A stretch of DNA of 64,000 bases from Phoronis australis. Taxonomy: Eukaryota; Animalia; Phoronida. The DNA is taken from contig NMRA01000049.1 of the NCBI GenBank assembly GCA_002633005.1, positions 62,001 to 126,000 on the forward strand, in the 5' to 3' direction. How positions within the stretch are numbered: position 1 is the stretch's first letter; each line of letters starts with the position of its first letter. Positions 29,001 to 44,000 of this stretch are shown here, in pieces. Made by a program: the position numbers and the translations under genes. The notes under the pieces are model-generated. The model worked only from the letters and a program-made list of their open reading frames with translations, searched no databases and was not told the origin of the DNA.

Positions 29001-32000
29001 AGCTGAAAAAGAAGACAACAAAAGTATTTTTGTAGCTCTTTTATGACAGAAACAATCCCGAAAACTCACTAAAATGTTAACTAAACCATACTTACTACAA
29101 TCTGCAAAGTTCAGGACAAAATTTTATTACACAGAATTTCAAAAAAACACTAACATAGAGCCCCATGATTTTTTTATTGGAAACGAGGATCGTTTTGCAT
29201 TTTTGGCACAGGACAAAAGAATTGAAACTGTGCCAAAGTGTCATTATTTTCTAGATTTTAGAGCGTACAATAATTTATGAAGTGTTTGAGTCTGGTGTGC
29301 ATGCCACTTGTTGGCCACATCACGACGTAATGATCATAAGCGTAAAAAAATCCCTGCCCTGACTGGGACTTGAACCCGGGGCCTTCCGCTAACTGTGCTG
29401 ACACTCTAGTCCACTAAGCAATCGTTACCACTAGGTCCAACACAGAAATCCAATCGGACATACTATATATATTGTAAATCTTGAACTGGTGTGCAAATAT
29501 AGCCCACAAACATTTTAAGTCTGGTGTGCACGCCACCTGTTGGTCACATCACTTCATTAGGTCACATGATGTGGCCAACAGGTGGCATGCAGACCAGACT
29601 ACGGCTTACAGCAATCAAACTGAGCATTAGGTGAAACCCAGTGACAGGCCCAGTTCATGTCAACAGAACATAATAAAATCTCAGGAAGAGACAAATCACC
29701 GCCTCTGATGGCACCATCACCCCCACTTTTAAATCCCACTGCTGACTGGGGGTGCCATGGTGAACAGTGCTAGTTTCTGAAAGAGCCCAACCACATTTTT
29801 CTGCAAGAGCTGCCTGGGAGCCTTTTGGACCCGGCAAAATCACTTTGAGGATAATGGGTGGGATTTAATCAGAAATCTCCAGTATATCTAGTAGACAGAA
29901 GTCATCTCAGTCATGTGAAAAATTCGCAAACAGGATTTTTAATTACCGATAAATTGATCAATTCTCACACTTTTTAAGTCACACTTGAACACTACATCAG
30001 TTCATAACACACATGCTCAATATTAAGATTTGGGGCAATAATCAGTTACAAGGGTTCCGGATTCTGAACACATTATGTATTCCTCAAGGTTATGAATTGT
30101 TGGACCGCTACAATTGTCCAAATTTGGCTAAATTTGAAAATTTACATCATATCTCAGAAATGGCTGATCGGATTCATTATAAAAGTTTCAGATTGCTGTA
30201 TGCACTGATCTCCAATACGGTGTGAGGAATTATTTTAAACATTTTTTCACTTTTGCATGAGGAACTACAAAAATAGGACTTTTAAGATTTTCTATCAATC
30301 TCTGAAAAAATCAAAAAGTAGCATAAACAACGATATAAAAATATGTCTTTGAGATTAATGTTAAACACTTATACCAAATGAAATCTGGTCATATTACAAA
30401 TAACTGTGTTTTGCTAATAACGTATCTTTAAATAGCAGATTTTGGTGAAAAGTAAAAGAAAAAATTAATTCTACAGGCTTTCTATTTTCCAAAAAATATT
30501 ATTTTTATTGAGTTATAAATCAGTTCAGTAGTTTTATACTGGGTAAATAAAAACTTGATGATAAGTCCTACATAATCTTTGAAACATGTTACCAGTTGAT
30601 CACGCACATTCATTCAAACCTATGACACAGACAATCACAGGGGCACAATCATGTGAACCCTCCAATTTACAGTGATTGAGGTTTGGGCTCATGACACCCC
30701 GAGTCCCTGGGAACCAAGGGGGTGAATTCCGTAGAGAATTCATGCAAGACCAAACAAAATCACATGAATTAAAAGAGAAAGTTTTGGAAGTAAGCCCGAA
30801 AACCTTACAAGCACAATTAACAAAATGGCTACCTCTAAAATGCACGGCTGTTGAGGCCGGCACATTGAATTATGGGAGAAAACTCATATTCTCTGTTCTA
30901 CAAGCAAAGACTTCTCAACATAAATGTCTTACGAGTGTCTTGTGTTTAAGGAACACAGCCCTGTTGTATTTCCCCACTCACCTTTGGCCTCGTAAAAAGC
31001 ATCAATACATTTCTGGTTATTAGCCGTCTCGGCCAGTTCTAGCGCAGTCAGTCCACTGGCATCTTTCTTGTCCGGATCCGCACCGAATTCCAACAGCATC
31101 ATCAGACAATCTACTTTTCCCTCCACTGCTGCGGCACACAATGGGGTCTGCCATGGTAGACAACTCAGTGTTTTAAAGCGAGTTCGATATCACAATTCTC
31201 CAGTTATTCTGCTCAATTGCGAGACATGAAAAGTTTCCACATTTTAAATGCCAACTATCTTACAACAAGTTATCACTAAAGTGATGTTGTTGCCTCGTGA
31301 CACATCTACTCTACAAACCATGTCAATAAATCAATGAACCAAAACGTTTACTTTGATCTTTTGAGAAATTTGACGAAATGAATCTCTAGTGTGCATCATA
31401 GAGTCTGCTAAATAAGAAACGAATTACCGTGAGCCTAAGACACGTGTTGTCAGTGGTACTGTCTCATTTATAGCACACAACATGATGGACATTAGTGAAA
31501 TTCTTCTTTTCCAAAACTCTCAATCATAATAAGGGTAAAGAATAATCAAGTATAACAGCTTAATATTTAAAGCAGCTTATTATTATCAAAATGACATAGG
31601 CAAGAAATTGAATTTCAGGCCTCAAAAGTGAGGCCCTCTATATTTATATAGGTCACCCCGCTCTCAGGCCGCTTCTGGCGGGGTCACTTCATTAATATAG
31701 AAGACTCACTTTTGAGGCCAGAAATTCAATTTCTTACCTATGTCATTTTAATTAGAATAAGTCATCTTAAATATTAAGTTCATATATTTTTGTATAAAAT
31801 AAGTGGAGAATTGTCATACATATTAACACCTGTCCACAACTTATTGACAGCTTGCTAACTGACCTATCGCAAGCTTCACTCCCTTGCGAAATGTAGACAA
31901 ACAAACAACCTCCCGAGATTACGCGAGATCTTGCAGTGTATTTCAAATAAGAGCACGTGACCTTGACTAGCTTTTGGCTAGGTCCTAGCGTAGGTCCTAG

Positions 32001-35000
32001 CGTCTACTGAACGCACGCCAAGTTTTACCCGGCAATGTGTTGTTTGTGGGGTAAAATGGCAGCTTGGAAACGAGGGTGTGTCAAGAATGCTTCGTTCTGA
32101 TTGGTCAGTTAAACCATCACTCAAAATCCTGGCGATAGGTCAATTAACAATTAGCAGGTCAACTTAGTAAGCAAACCACCATTTGACAATTAACATTCAT
32201 TTGGTGGAAAAATTAAAAATTATCACTGCAGTTAATGAGAAATTTTTATTTCAAATATAAGACTTAACTCATTAAACCATAAAAATAGAATTTTGTCATC
32301 TATTAAATGTTATAGTTCTAGCACAGGGAGGAGAAACAACCAAATAACCACACCCATAAATACTCAAGAACAGAACGAGCCAAGAGTCACACCACAACAG
32401 ACAAAGCATGGATTGGAGTAAACAGAATACAACCACTGGATTTATTAAGGTATCACAGTATTTTTGGGTTCTGGCTATAGAATTTAGACTCGGTCTGACC
32501 AAACCACGCCTAAGTCGAGCACCTGTGGGTTGTTTCCCCAACCTGATGAAGCTGACTTACCATGCAATCAAACTTTGTATTAGCAGGGATATCAGGATTA
32601 GCTGTAAATGGACAATAAAAACCCCTGATAAGATAGAGTAGTTTATTTCTGATACACAACCAAATGCTTTCATAGCTGCCCAATAAGCATGTTAATCCTA
32701 AAACTACTGGTCTAGGCAAAGTGATTAACACTAAGCCAAGTAAACACACTGCACAGGTGCAATACAAGACAAAAGTAATCAAACAAAAGTAATCAGACAA
32801 AAGTAATCAGACAAAATACTTCCTTGTCATGACAGCTAACTCAGAATCCATTAACAGCAAAATTTTCTGGTGATAACTATTGCCCAGGCAAAGTTCAATT
32901 GTCAAATGACTTGGCCACGTTATTGTAATCCCGGTTATGACTATTCTGACAACGAATAAACGGTTTCTGCCAAGTCGATCATTAAGAGAAATTACAAGAA
33001 ATTACGGGTCATTTTGTCTGACAACTTGTGGATTGTATTGTATTTTATTTTTCCATTAGCAAAATGTTTGGCTTATCATAAAGCAATAAGCAAGTACTGA
33101 GAATTCTTAACTTGATGTTAGCTTAGTCATAGCTTGATATTTGTTACTTGAAACTTTTTTTTAAATTTTATGTTAATAAATACAATTTGAGAATGATGCT
33201 GCGTCACTTAACAATAAAGCAGGGAGGGGTAATATGAAGGGGCACGTCCTCTGAAACTATGAAGCACATGCGCCATATGAGCATCAACAACCACTTCCAG
33301 GCTCCTGTACTTGCTCAAAAACACATCGTAACAGCGTACCGTATCAGCGGCATGCGAAATCGTAACTAGGCAATATTTACTCATTAAAGACATCAACAAG
33401 AGCAACGCAGAGCGTTGAAATGCGCCCACGAGTGCATCGCAAATGGTATGCTTTTAGAGTTGTTTATTTGTATCATCAAAATGGCCACAAGATGGCGCAA
33501 AATACGTTGAATCCGTCTGAAAACCAGCAAATTCATCGTTTCATTAAAAGAAAGCCATTTACCAAATTTCATTAAAATTCATTGAGAAACTTCAGAGAAA
33601 CAGAGGAAAATGAAAAAAATGAAATTGCCACTAGGGGCAGAGTGTTTGTGGGATCCATCTAAAAGTTATTGTCTTCTCTTGTTAACTTTTTATAAATACA
33701 CAAGCTAAATTTAATAAAGATCCTGTAGAAGGCTTAGAAGATACAAGTATGGGTGCAAAAAAAACTAAAACCACCACTAGGAGGCGCCACAGTAGTCGAA
33801 GCCATCGACCGTCCCCTTCATAGAAAGAACACACATGCCAACTTTCACAATCATCCTTAGAATGGTTTGGTTGACAGGGGGAAGGACGCCAAAAAACAGA
33901 CTCGAAAACAACAAAAATGGCTACTAGATGGCACAAAATACCTTGAATCAATCCGAAGATCAATGGCTAGCGTCACCTCACTAATAGATGTCTATGTGCT
34001 AAATTTTATGGAAATCCGTTGAGGACCTTTGAAGATACGCAGGTAAACGTAAAAACTATAATTGCCACTAGGGGGCACACCGGTAGACCGATCTGTCCGA
34101 AAGTTGCTGTCATCTGTTGTCAACTTCATATAAATACATTTGTTTAATTTAATAAAGATCCTGTAGAGCCTTTAGGAGATACAGCCATGGGCGCAAAAAA
34201 CAAACAAAACTACCACTAGGAGGCACCACAGTAGTCAAAGTCGTCAGAAAATCATCGTCGACTGTCTTCTTCATAGTAAGAACATTAATGCCAATTTTCA
34301 CAATCATCCTTCAAGTGGTTTGGTTGTTAGAGGGGCATACGCCAAAAAAACTACTCGAAAATAGTAAAAATGGCCACTAGATGGCACAAAATGACTCAAA
34401 TCCATCCGAAAACCGGAAGATAGCGTCAACTTATTAATAGATGCCTAATTGCTAAATTTCACGAAAATCGGTTAAGGGCCTTTGAAAATACAGAGGTAAA
34501 CGTAAAAAACTAAAATTGCCACTAGGGGGCACAGCGGTAATTCAGGTCAGTCCAAAACTCATCGTACTCTGTCGTCAACCCCATAGGAACACACCTGCCA
34601 AATTTGAATAAGATCCTGCAAGGGGTTTAGGAGATACAGCCGCGGACGCCGGACGCCAGGACATCCAGATGCCCAGACAGAGATGACGGCAATATGCGAC
34701 CACATGTAAATATATGGGCGCATAAAAATTTTAACTAGAGTGCTGTTAGCCATCCACTAATCAGGGATCTTCTCATGGTAAAGTTTTGGGGTGTTGAGAG
34801 CAAGGCACTCCTCAAAACTATCGATTTTGTTTGGCAAGGGAAAAAAAGTTGAGAAAACGGGGTCATTCAAATAAGTATTCAAAATCTGAGTTTTGAAAAA
34901 AAAATTATGGCCATGTGATAGATAAATTTGCCTACACTTTAAGTGCGGGTTTTTCCAGCATTAAGTGTACGGTAAAGTCGCGTGATTTTCGTAGTCAGTT

Positions 35001-38000
35001 TTGTTTTCCTAGCATTTTAAGTGTTGTCAGTTTTGTTTCCCCACAATGAATTTTTTTCATGACAGTCTGCATTGCAAGTCAGTCTGCATAAAAATGAGAG
35101 GTTTTGTTTCACTCTGCCATTACTGTGGTAATGTTTTAGTGTGCTGACTCGCTGGTGAGCTTTGTTTACTAATTGAATTCATATTTCAACAAGTTATTAT
35201 GAACGAAGTTACAATTTTTAGGAAGTTTATTTACCATAATATCGTCATAGAGATGCAAGAGCAATTATAATAAGTTATAGTTTTGTACTACGCGCAACTG
35301 AATTTAGAGAAACTTTGGTCCTGGAAAATGCGTTCAGATATTCAGTTTGATATTTGCTGTAACGTTCATGGCAGTGGTCATGAACAAAATAAAACTTCTT
35401 ACCAGGGAGCAACTGAAAGAAACAATAACGTCCTGATTGCAGTCACCATAATTGAAATAAATGAAACTGTTTCAGCCCCTCTCTATACCTGAATCATTTT
35501 ACACTTCCAACTTTCGATGAAACGTATCGTCAGTGAACGGCTGCACTTGACCGACTTTGGCGATTCCGCCAAGTCAACTGGTAAAGACATCTTATTGGTT
35601 TTCGACGACGACTTTCGGCTTACCAATTAGATATTTTAGACGACTCAGCCGGCAGAATTGGCAAAGTCAATCAAGCGCAACCAATGATTGAAGTCCTTCA
35701 TAGTTATTTTCTCTGCTGAGCAACAGGCAAAGATTGGCTATTATCTTTGTTCATTTGGCAATATAAAGCAAAGCACTTAGCTGGTACCATGGTACAATAT
35801 TTGAAACCATGACCCCATGTTTTTGAGCAGAAGAAAGAAAAGAAATAAAAATATAGCTTGTCATGAGTAAATAATGTTGTCCTCGGCAGCATTGAACATC
35901 CAGGCAAATGGGCTAAAAATACTTCCTGGTTAATAAATTTAAACCTCATCATACATTAGACAAAGGTGTAAGTTGAAATCTGATGCTCTTTCAAAATGTC
36001 TCTTGAGAGTGCTTATAAAAGGGCAATACATACTGTAAATGCTTAATATAATGTTAATAATTTGAGTTGAATGCCATCCAACTGAAAAAAGAAGATGGTG
36101 CAAAAAACTGTTACGATGAAATTTCATTGTATTCATTAGCAGATTACGAGTTGATTTAACTTTAAATGGGAAATGTTATTTTATGAGAGGCGTTTCTGGA
36201 TGATTGTGTATGGTTTACTTAATATGAGATGAATTTTGAATATTTGTATATTTTTATATCAAGTCCCAGTCGGCCAAGAAGGACTCGTGAATTGACTCAT
36301 ATAAACCAAGTTAGTAGTGGGAAATCTACACCATGAAGTAATCAGTGAATCTATTGGGTCTATGGTTTTATAGTGTGTAATTAAAACGATGACTTTCTGC
36401 ATAAAAAATAGACAAAAAAAAAGGGATTCCACCCCATAACATGAACCAAAATTGTTACAATCATGGAATTCAGAGATAACACTGCATAAGGGTAAAAATG
36501 GTTGTACCATCAGTTTAAGGACCAAAAAATGCATAGATTATTGTTAATAAGGACACACTTATCTAAGCTATGACCAAAAATATAAAAGAGCAAAATCCGT
36601 TGTTTTTTAATTAAAACAACCGATTACCAACGTTCCAGGCTTCCAGCAATTCGGTAAAATACCCGGTATGAAAATGAGACTCAGGTGACCTTATCAGGCA
36701 ATTGAATGCTCTTAAAATGTTCAGCTATTAGTCATGGTTCTACTGCGACTGCTAAGGCCCTGCCAGTGGCTTCGAGGTACATCTCCATGCGGTGACCAAG
36801 TCAAACAATACAAACATTGTGTGTCTGACCAGGTGACCTAAAAGATTTCAGTTCCATTACCCGTTTCTGGTATCATTGCTCAAGAGAAAGGAAAATTGCT
36901 GTTTTATCGAGGTTGGGACTGAAAACCTGCGAGACTCTCAGCCGCGGCTCCCAGTAATTAGAACCCAAAAAGGTTCACGGTACTTTCAACAGTAAGTGAA
37001 ACGTGCCAATTTGACCTTAGAAAACGTAACAATCCCGAAAAATTAATTAACGCATCTGGTGGCATTTCCTAGCCAAATCTGAACACCCTGGGTTCAGCAA
37101 GATTTTAGGAAAGTTGGAAAAATTACATTTTGACACCTGACCTACCTCAAAGCAGGGTTCCAGTAATTCTCAACATATTTTGCACAAAACAATTTTTACC
37201 AAAATTGTCATTTTTACAATTTTCAAAGGCTGATTATCTGGATGCAAGTAATGAGAATTTCAGCATTTTTATTTTATAATGCATCTTGTAATAGTCAGAC
37301 TAAAATGCTCTAGGCCTTCTTTTTTGAGGAAAACTTGTGAAAGTATAGAATTTCACACGTCGGCCATATTGTGTGCTTAATAAGTGAAGAATAACCACAC
37401 TAACACGCACGTAACGGGATCATTCATCTGAGGAGATACAGAAATGCACTATCCTAGAAACAGAAATTGAAAATAAGAAAAATACATCTCAGTTAACCAT
37501 GATCTATTTCATTGATGACATATAATATCAGACACTTTGCTTTCGGCAAACGTAGTGATTTTGAGTCACACTGTTATCTGAGTCACATGTTCTTGATAAT
37601 ATTTAGTTTTCCAAAAGACATCCAAAGACTTAATGATTGAAATATGGTTTGGTCAAGTTAAGTTGTGGTAGTAATGCATAAATGATTATTTAATGGCACG
37701 ACGGATTTTTTATTATACTCTTAGATGAATATGTTCCTGTTATATTGTTATAGCCATGTTATATCATCTCCTCTAACAAACTTGAACAAGCATTTTACTG
37801 TTCTTAACAATCTGAAATCCAGGGCAAAATGTGAAAGGGTTGGGTGTTTTGCCTCAAAGCATGGGACAAAAAGCCTTACAGACTGTTTTTCACAAAATCC
37901 TTCATATCCTTCATTAGTAAGTTCCCAGTCAGGTTGTTACTGTTTGTACAAATCTGTTCATGGCAGATAACCAGAAAACTGGACGAGTGCCATTGGTTCC

Positions 38001-41000
38001 TATTTCAAATTTCACTGGGATCCGACATTCTCGTTTTGTTTGGGTGCCAATGGCCTGTGAAATAAATAAAGCTAACTCCGCTTCTTATACAAATCTAAGT
38101 CTTTCTACTAGAACATGACTGTGAGACCAAGTTCAAGACAGTATGATCTCATATCAGCCTTACTACATTGGGTTTTAACTGAAATTAATCATGGACTTTG
38201 ATTGGAAAGTACAAATCAGCAGAGCTATGAAGCAAGCAATCATAAATTCATAGTCAACAGGTTACATCAAGAGATTACTTTCAATAATTAGTGATAAGAA
38301 TTTATATGATAAGAAATGACCGACAACCGAAAGAGAATGGTTTGATAAAGTTGAAAGATTTAAAATTTTCTAAACGGAAGTCTGTAGGGAATAGACATCA
38401 TACTTTGTGAACTTACAGGGTATCGAATTGCCAACACTTACAGACTCATCTGCAAGATTGCCTTTCAACAGCATGCCGTAATTGTCATGAAACATTTTCA
38501 AATTTAAACTCGCACCAACAATTGTTCATCAGTCTCCCTATCCGGAAAATGTGTGTCACACATGATGGTTCCAGGTTTTCAAAATCATACCCTGAACAAT
38601 GATTTTTAATTGTAACCAAGCTCTTCAACAAAATTACACAATATTTCAGCATTCCGAAGATATTAACATTAAATGACACTTTAAAGTGCATTAGAGGTCA
38701 CGTGTTAGCAGCTGAAAACGATATTCCTTTAGGCGATTTTGGGATACAAGATGCAGTCATTGGCGGGGTTACAGGTACATAGTTATCCACTCAATAATTG
38801 TGCAATAATACCACGTACATGATTGTGGGCGAGTAATTCCTTGTAAACAAGAGCAACTGAAATCTTACAACCATGGGAAAATTCCCACACACCCATAAAT
38901 ATGAATCAGAACCATCAAGGCAGTTGTTCAATCCAACGTCACATGATGTGGGACAAAAATCAAGCAAACGGGTCTCAAAATAGATTGCTCAAACAAAAAT
39001 CAAACAATCCCATAATTATAATCCTTGAATCATTTGTTACCAACCAACTGTGGCTGTTTCTATAATGTACACACAATGTGCTGCTATTGAAAGTATTAGA
39101 GTTCCTTTTAATTGCATTTGAGAAGCCACATAACATATAGTAACTCTGTGATAATGAAAACACTATGGCTCTGCGCAGTGGTGGATCTATGATATTACCA
39201 ACAGGGTCTGTCCTTCTGTGGGCATGAGCACAAAAATAAAGCCAATGGAATGATGGCCTCTTTACTGTGTTACTATGGCAATGTGTACCCCCACATTAAA
39301 ACATTCTAAATCTTCCAAGATATCGTCAGAGAAGAGCAATTTGCCACAGCAGACCTACATGATACAGGCGCATTTAATCCCCAGACCCCCACAGTCTGCC
39401 AACATAGACTATAATACATGGACCGTCACCTCCGTATATTTTCTGTGGACGAAATGAGTGATCTTACGCGTAAGCCATGACGTCACTATTCAGTGGCGAC
39501 ACCTGGCAGACATAGCATGTTTTACTTCGGGCTAGTTCGTTGTCTGATAATCATGGTCGGCTGTTGTGTGGTCAGGTGCTCGGCCGCACAGGCGAAATGT
39601 AACTATTGAAAGACATTTCAATGCCAAAATTTTTTTTTCGTTGCAAAAGACAGTAACATAGATGCAAGAATTTCCCGTCGCAATACATTAATCGGAAGCT
39701 GAGTTTTCTATGTTTAGAGGACAGCGCCTCCTCTAAGATATTAGGCAAGAAAATGCCAGAGTTGCAAATCTGCAGTCTATAATTTATGCTGCCACTGTTA
39801 AATGGTCTTACTTTAGCTTAGCCAGGGCTTTATTCATAGCTCAGTGCACCCAATGGGTATAAAGCTATGGTTGTGCCATGTGATGCCAATCAACTTACCC
39901 CCTTCTTCTAATAGCAGTTTTAGGCAGTTGAGGCTCTTGTTAGACACAGCGGTGTAAACAGCCGTTCTGCCACAGGCATCTTGCATGTCCAAATACTGTT
40001 TCTCTTTACTGCACAGCAAGCAACTCATCAGCTCAGCGTTATCATAGATGGCTGCCTGGATAAGCATTTTACCACGCTCCTCTGCTTCCATCTTGATTAA
40101 CGTGTCACAATCTTTAAAGAACACAACCATTAAGTTACAACATCATCCATTAGCATTTTGCTCACCATTGAAGAAACATTGCCGGTTTTTCAACTGAAAC
40201 AAACATTTTTCGGAATTATTATTACAAGACGTAATTTATACACACTTTTTAAGAGACAATGAGTGAAGCACCCCGAAGATCAACACTTGATGAAAGAATT
40301 TAAAAATTTAAAGGTGAGATCAATAATGAAACCAAGAACATAAACAATCATGAACCCTATGCTTATTACACGTCCAATATATTAGATAGCCCATAAGGAG
40401 ATCTATTTATGAACCAAATTTGAAAAGGTTAATAGGTTCACAGAGTTAGAGAAACGCAAACATAATTCGAAAAATGGCCGTCACAACGCCCCAGAACAAC
40501 AGTTCTCAGGCTATTGACTAGTAAAACACTGGGTGTAAATTTCAAGTCGAGCAGACGAAAACTGTGATCTCTAGCACAAATACGATAGGCTAACAAATCG
40601 AAGAAGCTCCTGTAATAATCTAGTCAACAAAAGAGCAGATATCTGAGCAGTAAACCTTGAATATCTCGAGAACAGTAAGTCATTACAAGTAACTTACACA
40701 AACTGATAGCCCTTAAAAACACCTATCCGCATACCAAATTTCAGACAGATCTGTCAAGGGACGTCGAAGATACAGCACAAAAACTTGGTTATATCAGGAG
40801 ACCAGTCAGTCCTCGGAAAATATCAAATTACTTGAGAATAGTAAGAACTAGCGAAAAATAAATTGACAGCCATTGGAATGATCTATCCACAGAAACAAAA
40901 ATCAGAAAAATGCGACCAAAAACAGCAGAGCTATTGGCTCTGCAAACGAAAAAAGGAAAAAATGGCTGCCACAGCACCATCTTGTATCAGATTTTAACAA

Positions 41001-44000
41001 AAACGATAAGCTTTGAGCCAATCACGAGACATATGNTTGTCATGAAACATTTTCAAATTCAAACTCGCACCAACAATAGTTCCTCAGTCTCCCTATCTGG
41101 AAAATGGGTGTCACACATGAGGGTTCCAGGTTTTCAAAATCATACCTTGAACAATGATTTTTAATTGTAACCAAGCTCGTCAACAAAATTACACAATATT
41201 TTGGCATTCCGAGGATGTTACCATTAAATGACACTGTTAAGTGCATTAGAGGTCACGTGTTAGTTGCTGAAAAAGATATTCCTTTAGGCGATTTTGGGAC
41301 ACAAGATGCAGTCATTGGTGGGGTTACAGGTACATAGTTATCCACTCATTAATTGTGCAATAACCCCACGTACATGATTGTAGGCGAGTAGTTCCTTGTA
41401 AACAAGAGAAACTGAAATCTTACAACCATGGCAAAATTCCCACACACCCATAAATATGAACCAGAATCATCAAGGAAGCTGTTCAATCCAACGTCACATG
41501 ATGTGGGACAAAAATCAAGCGAACGGGTCTCAAAATAGATTGATCAAACAATCCCATAATTATAATCCTTGAATCATTTGTATCAACCAACTGGCTGTTT
41601 CTATAAAGTACACACATTCCAACTTGTGCTTCACGCCCCGGTTTAAGCAGAGAACTCCGTTGTTCTGGCATAGGATTCGAAGTTCATTTCTGAGCGTTAT
41701 CCGATGCAAGGCGCACTGTGACACCCGTTTTTCAAGTGCTCTAGCTCCACGATCCTGCGACCGATCCTTTTCATATTATTTTGGTATGTAAATAGATCAC
41801 CTCACAGGCTATCTGCATTTTGATTACCGTCCTTGAGTTACTTGAGGTTTTCTGATTCGATTGTCGTCTAATTCACCCAGCATGCACTTTTAATGGTGTA
41901 CCATTTACATTACATTCTGTTGTAATATTATTCAGGATAACCGTTGTTAAATTTCTTTGTTTCGTCATTGACCTCGTCACTTTTATTCCATTTCGCCAAG
42001 AGTCACTCCTCAAAGCGCTTTCATTTAATACGAATTTATTTATTTTGTGAATTATGTAACTTAAACTGCTTACAGCTATACAATTATTAATTCATATGTT
42101 TATTCAAGCAATGGCACATTAGTCAAACGGTCTGCAGTATTTCCTGTCCGATATCTATGGATCTTCAAAATGACGCCACTCAAGAACATTGTCACCAACC
42201 TAAAATCACCCGTCAAGAACTTGTGGAAAACATGTCGATTCGGTACGTAGAGCACAATGTGCTGCGATTGAAAGTATTAGAGTTCCTTTTGATTGCATTT
42301 GAGAAGAAGCCAGTTTCGAATGAACAGCAAACAGGATCACGCCACATGTTACACTTGTTTGCGTGACTTTCCTGTTACCCCTTTCATTTGCCATTCTTTG
42401 CAGTATTTCGCACCTGCCATGTCCCACTGTGATTATGTCTCCAGCTTTTGCTCTGTGCTGGTATTGCTGCGTCATTTTATTTCCACTTGAGAATGAAACA
42501 AGGTTTCGAAATATCCTGTGTCTTTTAATCATATCCCTTTGTCAGTTGCTTCACCAATGTCCTGCTGAGCGTCGAACTTTGTTCCGAGGATACGAAGGGA
42601 ATGGAATAATTATTGTTAATACCAACAAGTGTCATTTACTCAATCAATATTGCATGTATTCATTCATGCAATCCCATCTACTTATTGTTGAGGTTATTAT
42701 TACTATCATTCTTACTTCACTAATAGTACAGGGTGAAGAACAATGGAAATAAGTTTCGTACTTTTTCATGCCACCCGTACATAAATTTTTTTTATACTTC
42801 TACTATTATTTGTATAATTAATGTATATCTTTCTTAGAATGTGGTATTATGTTATATTGCATTATATTATTTTGTGGGTTGTCATTAAATAAATAAATCA
42901 ATCAATAGGCAGATTACTTACACAGAAAATGGTGTGCATGATTAGTCAGAAACAATGTGTCACATACAAGACACTCTGATAATACAAGAGCAACGCGGAG
43001 CGTTGAAATGCGCCCACAATTGCACCGCATACGGTATCCTTCTAGGGTTGTTTATTGGTACCATAAAGTGGCCAGTAGAGGGCATACTTTGCAAAATGGA
43101 AAGGCATGGTCATTGTCTCCTCAATAGGCTAGGGGCAAAATGTGAGTAATCTTCATAATACAAGCACATCCTATACACCAGTTGCTTAAAGCACCACAGA
43201 AACATAGAATTAAAAACAAATTTACCAACATACGAGATTAGCACAGCATTAGAATGCCAGAAACAAATTTCTACTTGGAACTTTTCCTTCACAGTCACGA
43301 AGTAACACAAAGTATACACCTGAAGACCTATGAAAATACAGAGGTCAATGTAAAATACTAAAATTGCCACTAGAGGCAAATACTAAAATTGCCACTAGAG
43401 GCATACCGGTAATCAGAATCATCCTAAAGTCGTCATCGTCCGTTGTCAACATCACATAAATACACTTGCTAAATTTAGTAAAGATCCTGCAAACGGTTTG
43501 GGAGATACAGCCATGGGCGCAAAAAAACAAAACTGCCACTAGGAGGCGCCACAGTAGTCCAAATCGTCTGAAAATCATTGTCAGCTGTCTTCCTTATAGT
43601 AAGCACATACACGCCAATTTTCACAATCATCCTTTGAGCGGTTTGGTTGATAGAGGGGTGGACGCAAAAATACAGACTCGAAAACAGTAAAAATGGCCAC
43701 TAGGTGGCGCAAACTACGTCGAATCCATCTGAAAACAGTAGGATAGCGTCATCTCACTAATAGGTGCCTACATACCAAATTTCATGAAAATCCGTTCAAT
43801 ACTTTTGAAGATACAAAGGTAAGCGTAAAAAACTAAAATTGCCACTAGGGGGCACACCGGTAGTCGGATCCGACCAAAAGTCGTCATCTTCCGTTGTTAA
43901 CATCATATAAATATACTTACACAATTTGTAAAGATCCTGCGAACGGTTTAGGAGATACAGCCATAGGCGCAAAAAAACAAAACTGCCACTAGGAGGCGCC

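Noticed and set aside
35403-35412. 10-nt stretch between a good minus-strand acceptor (ttctttcag) and donor (gtaaga)
   Set aside because: Inclusion would frameshift the phase 1 junction, which already yields a proper ankyrin linker; no support without RNA data
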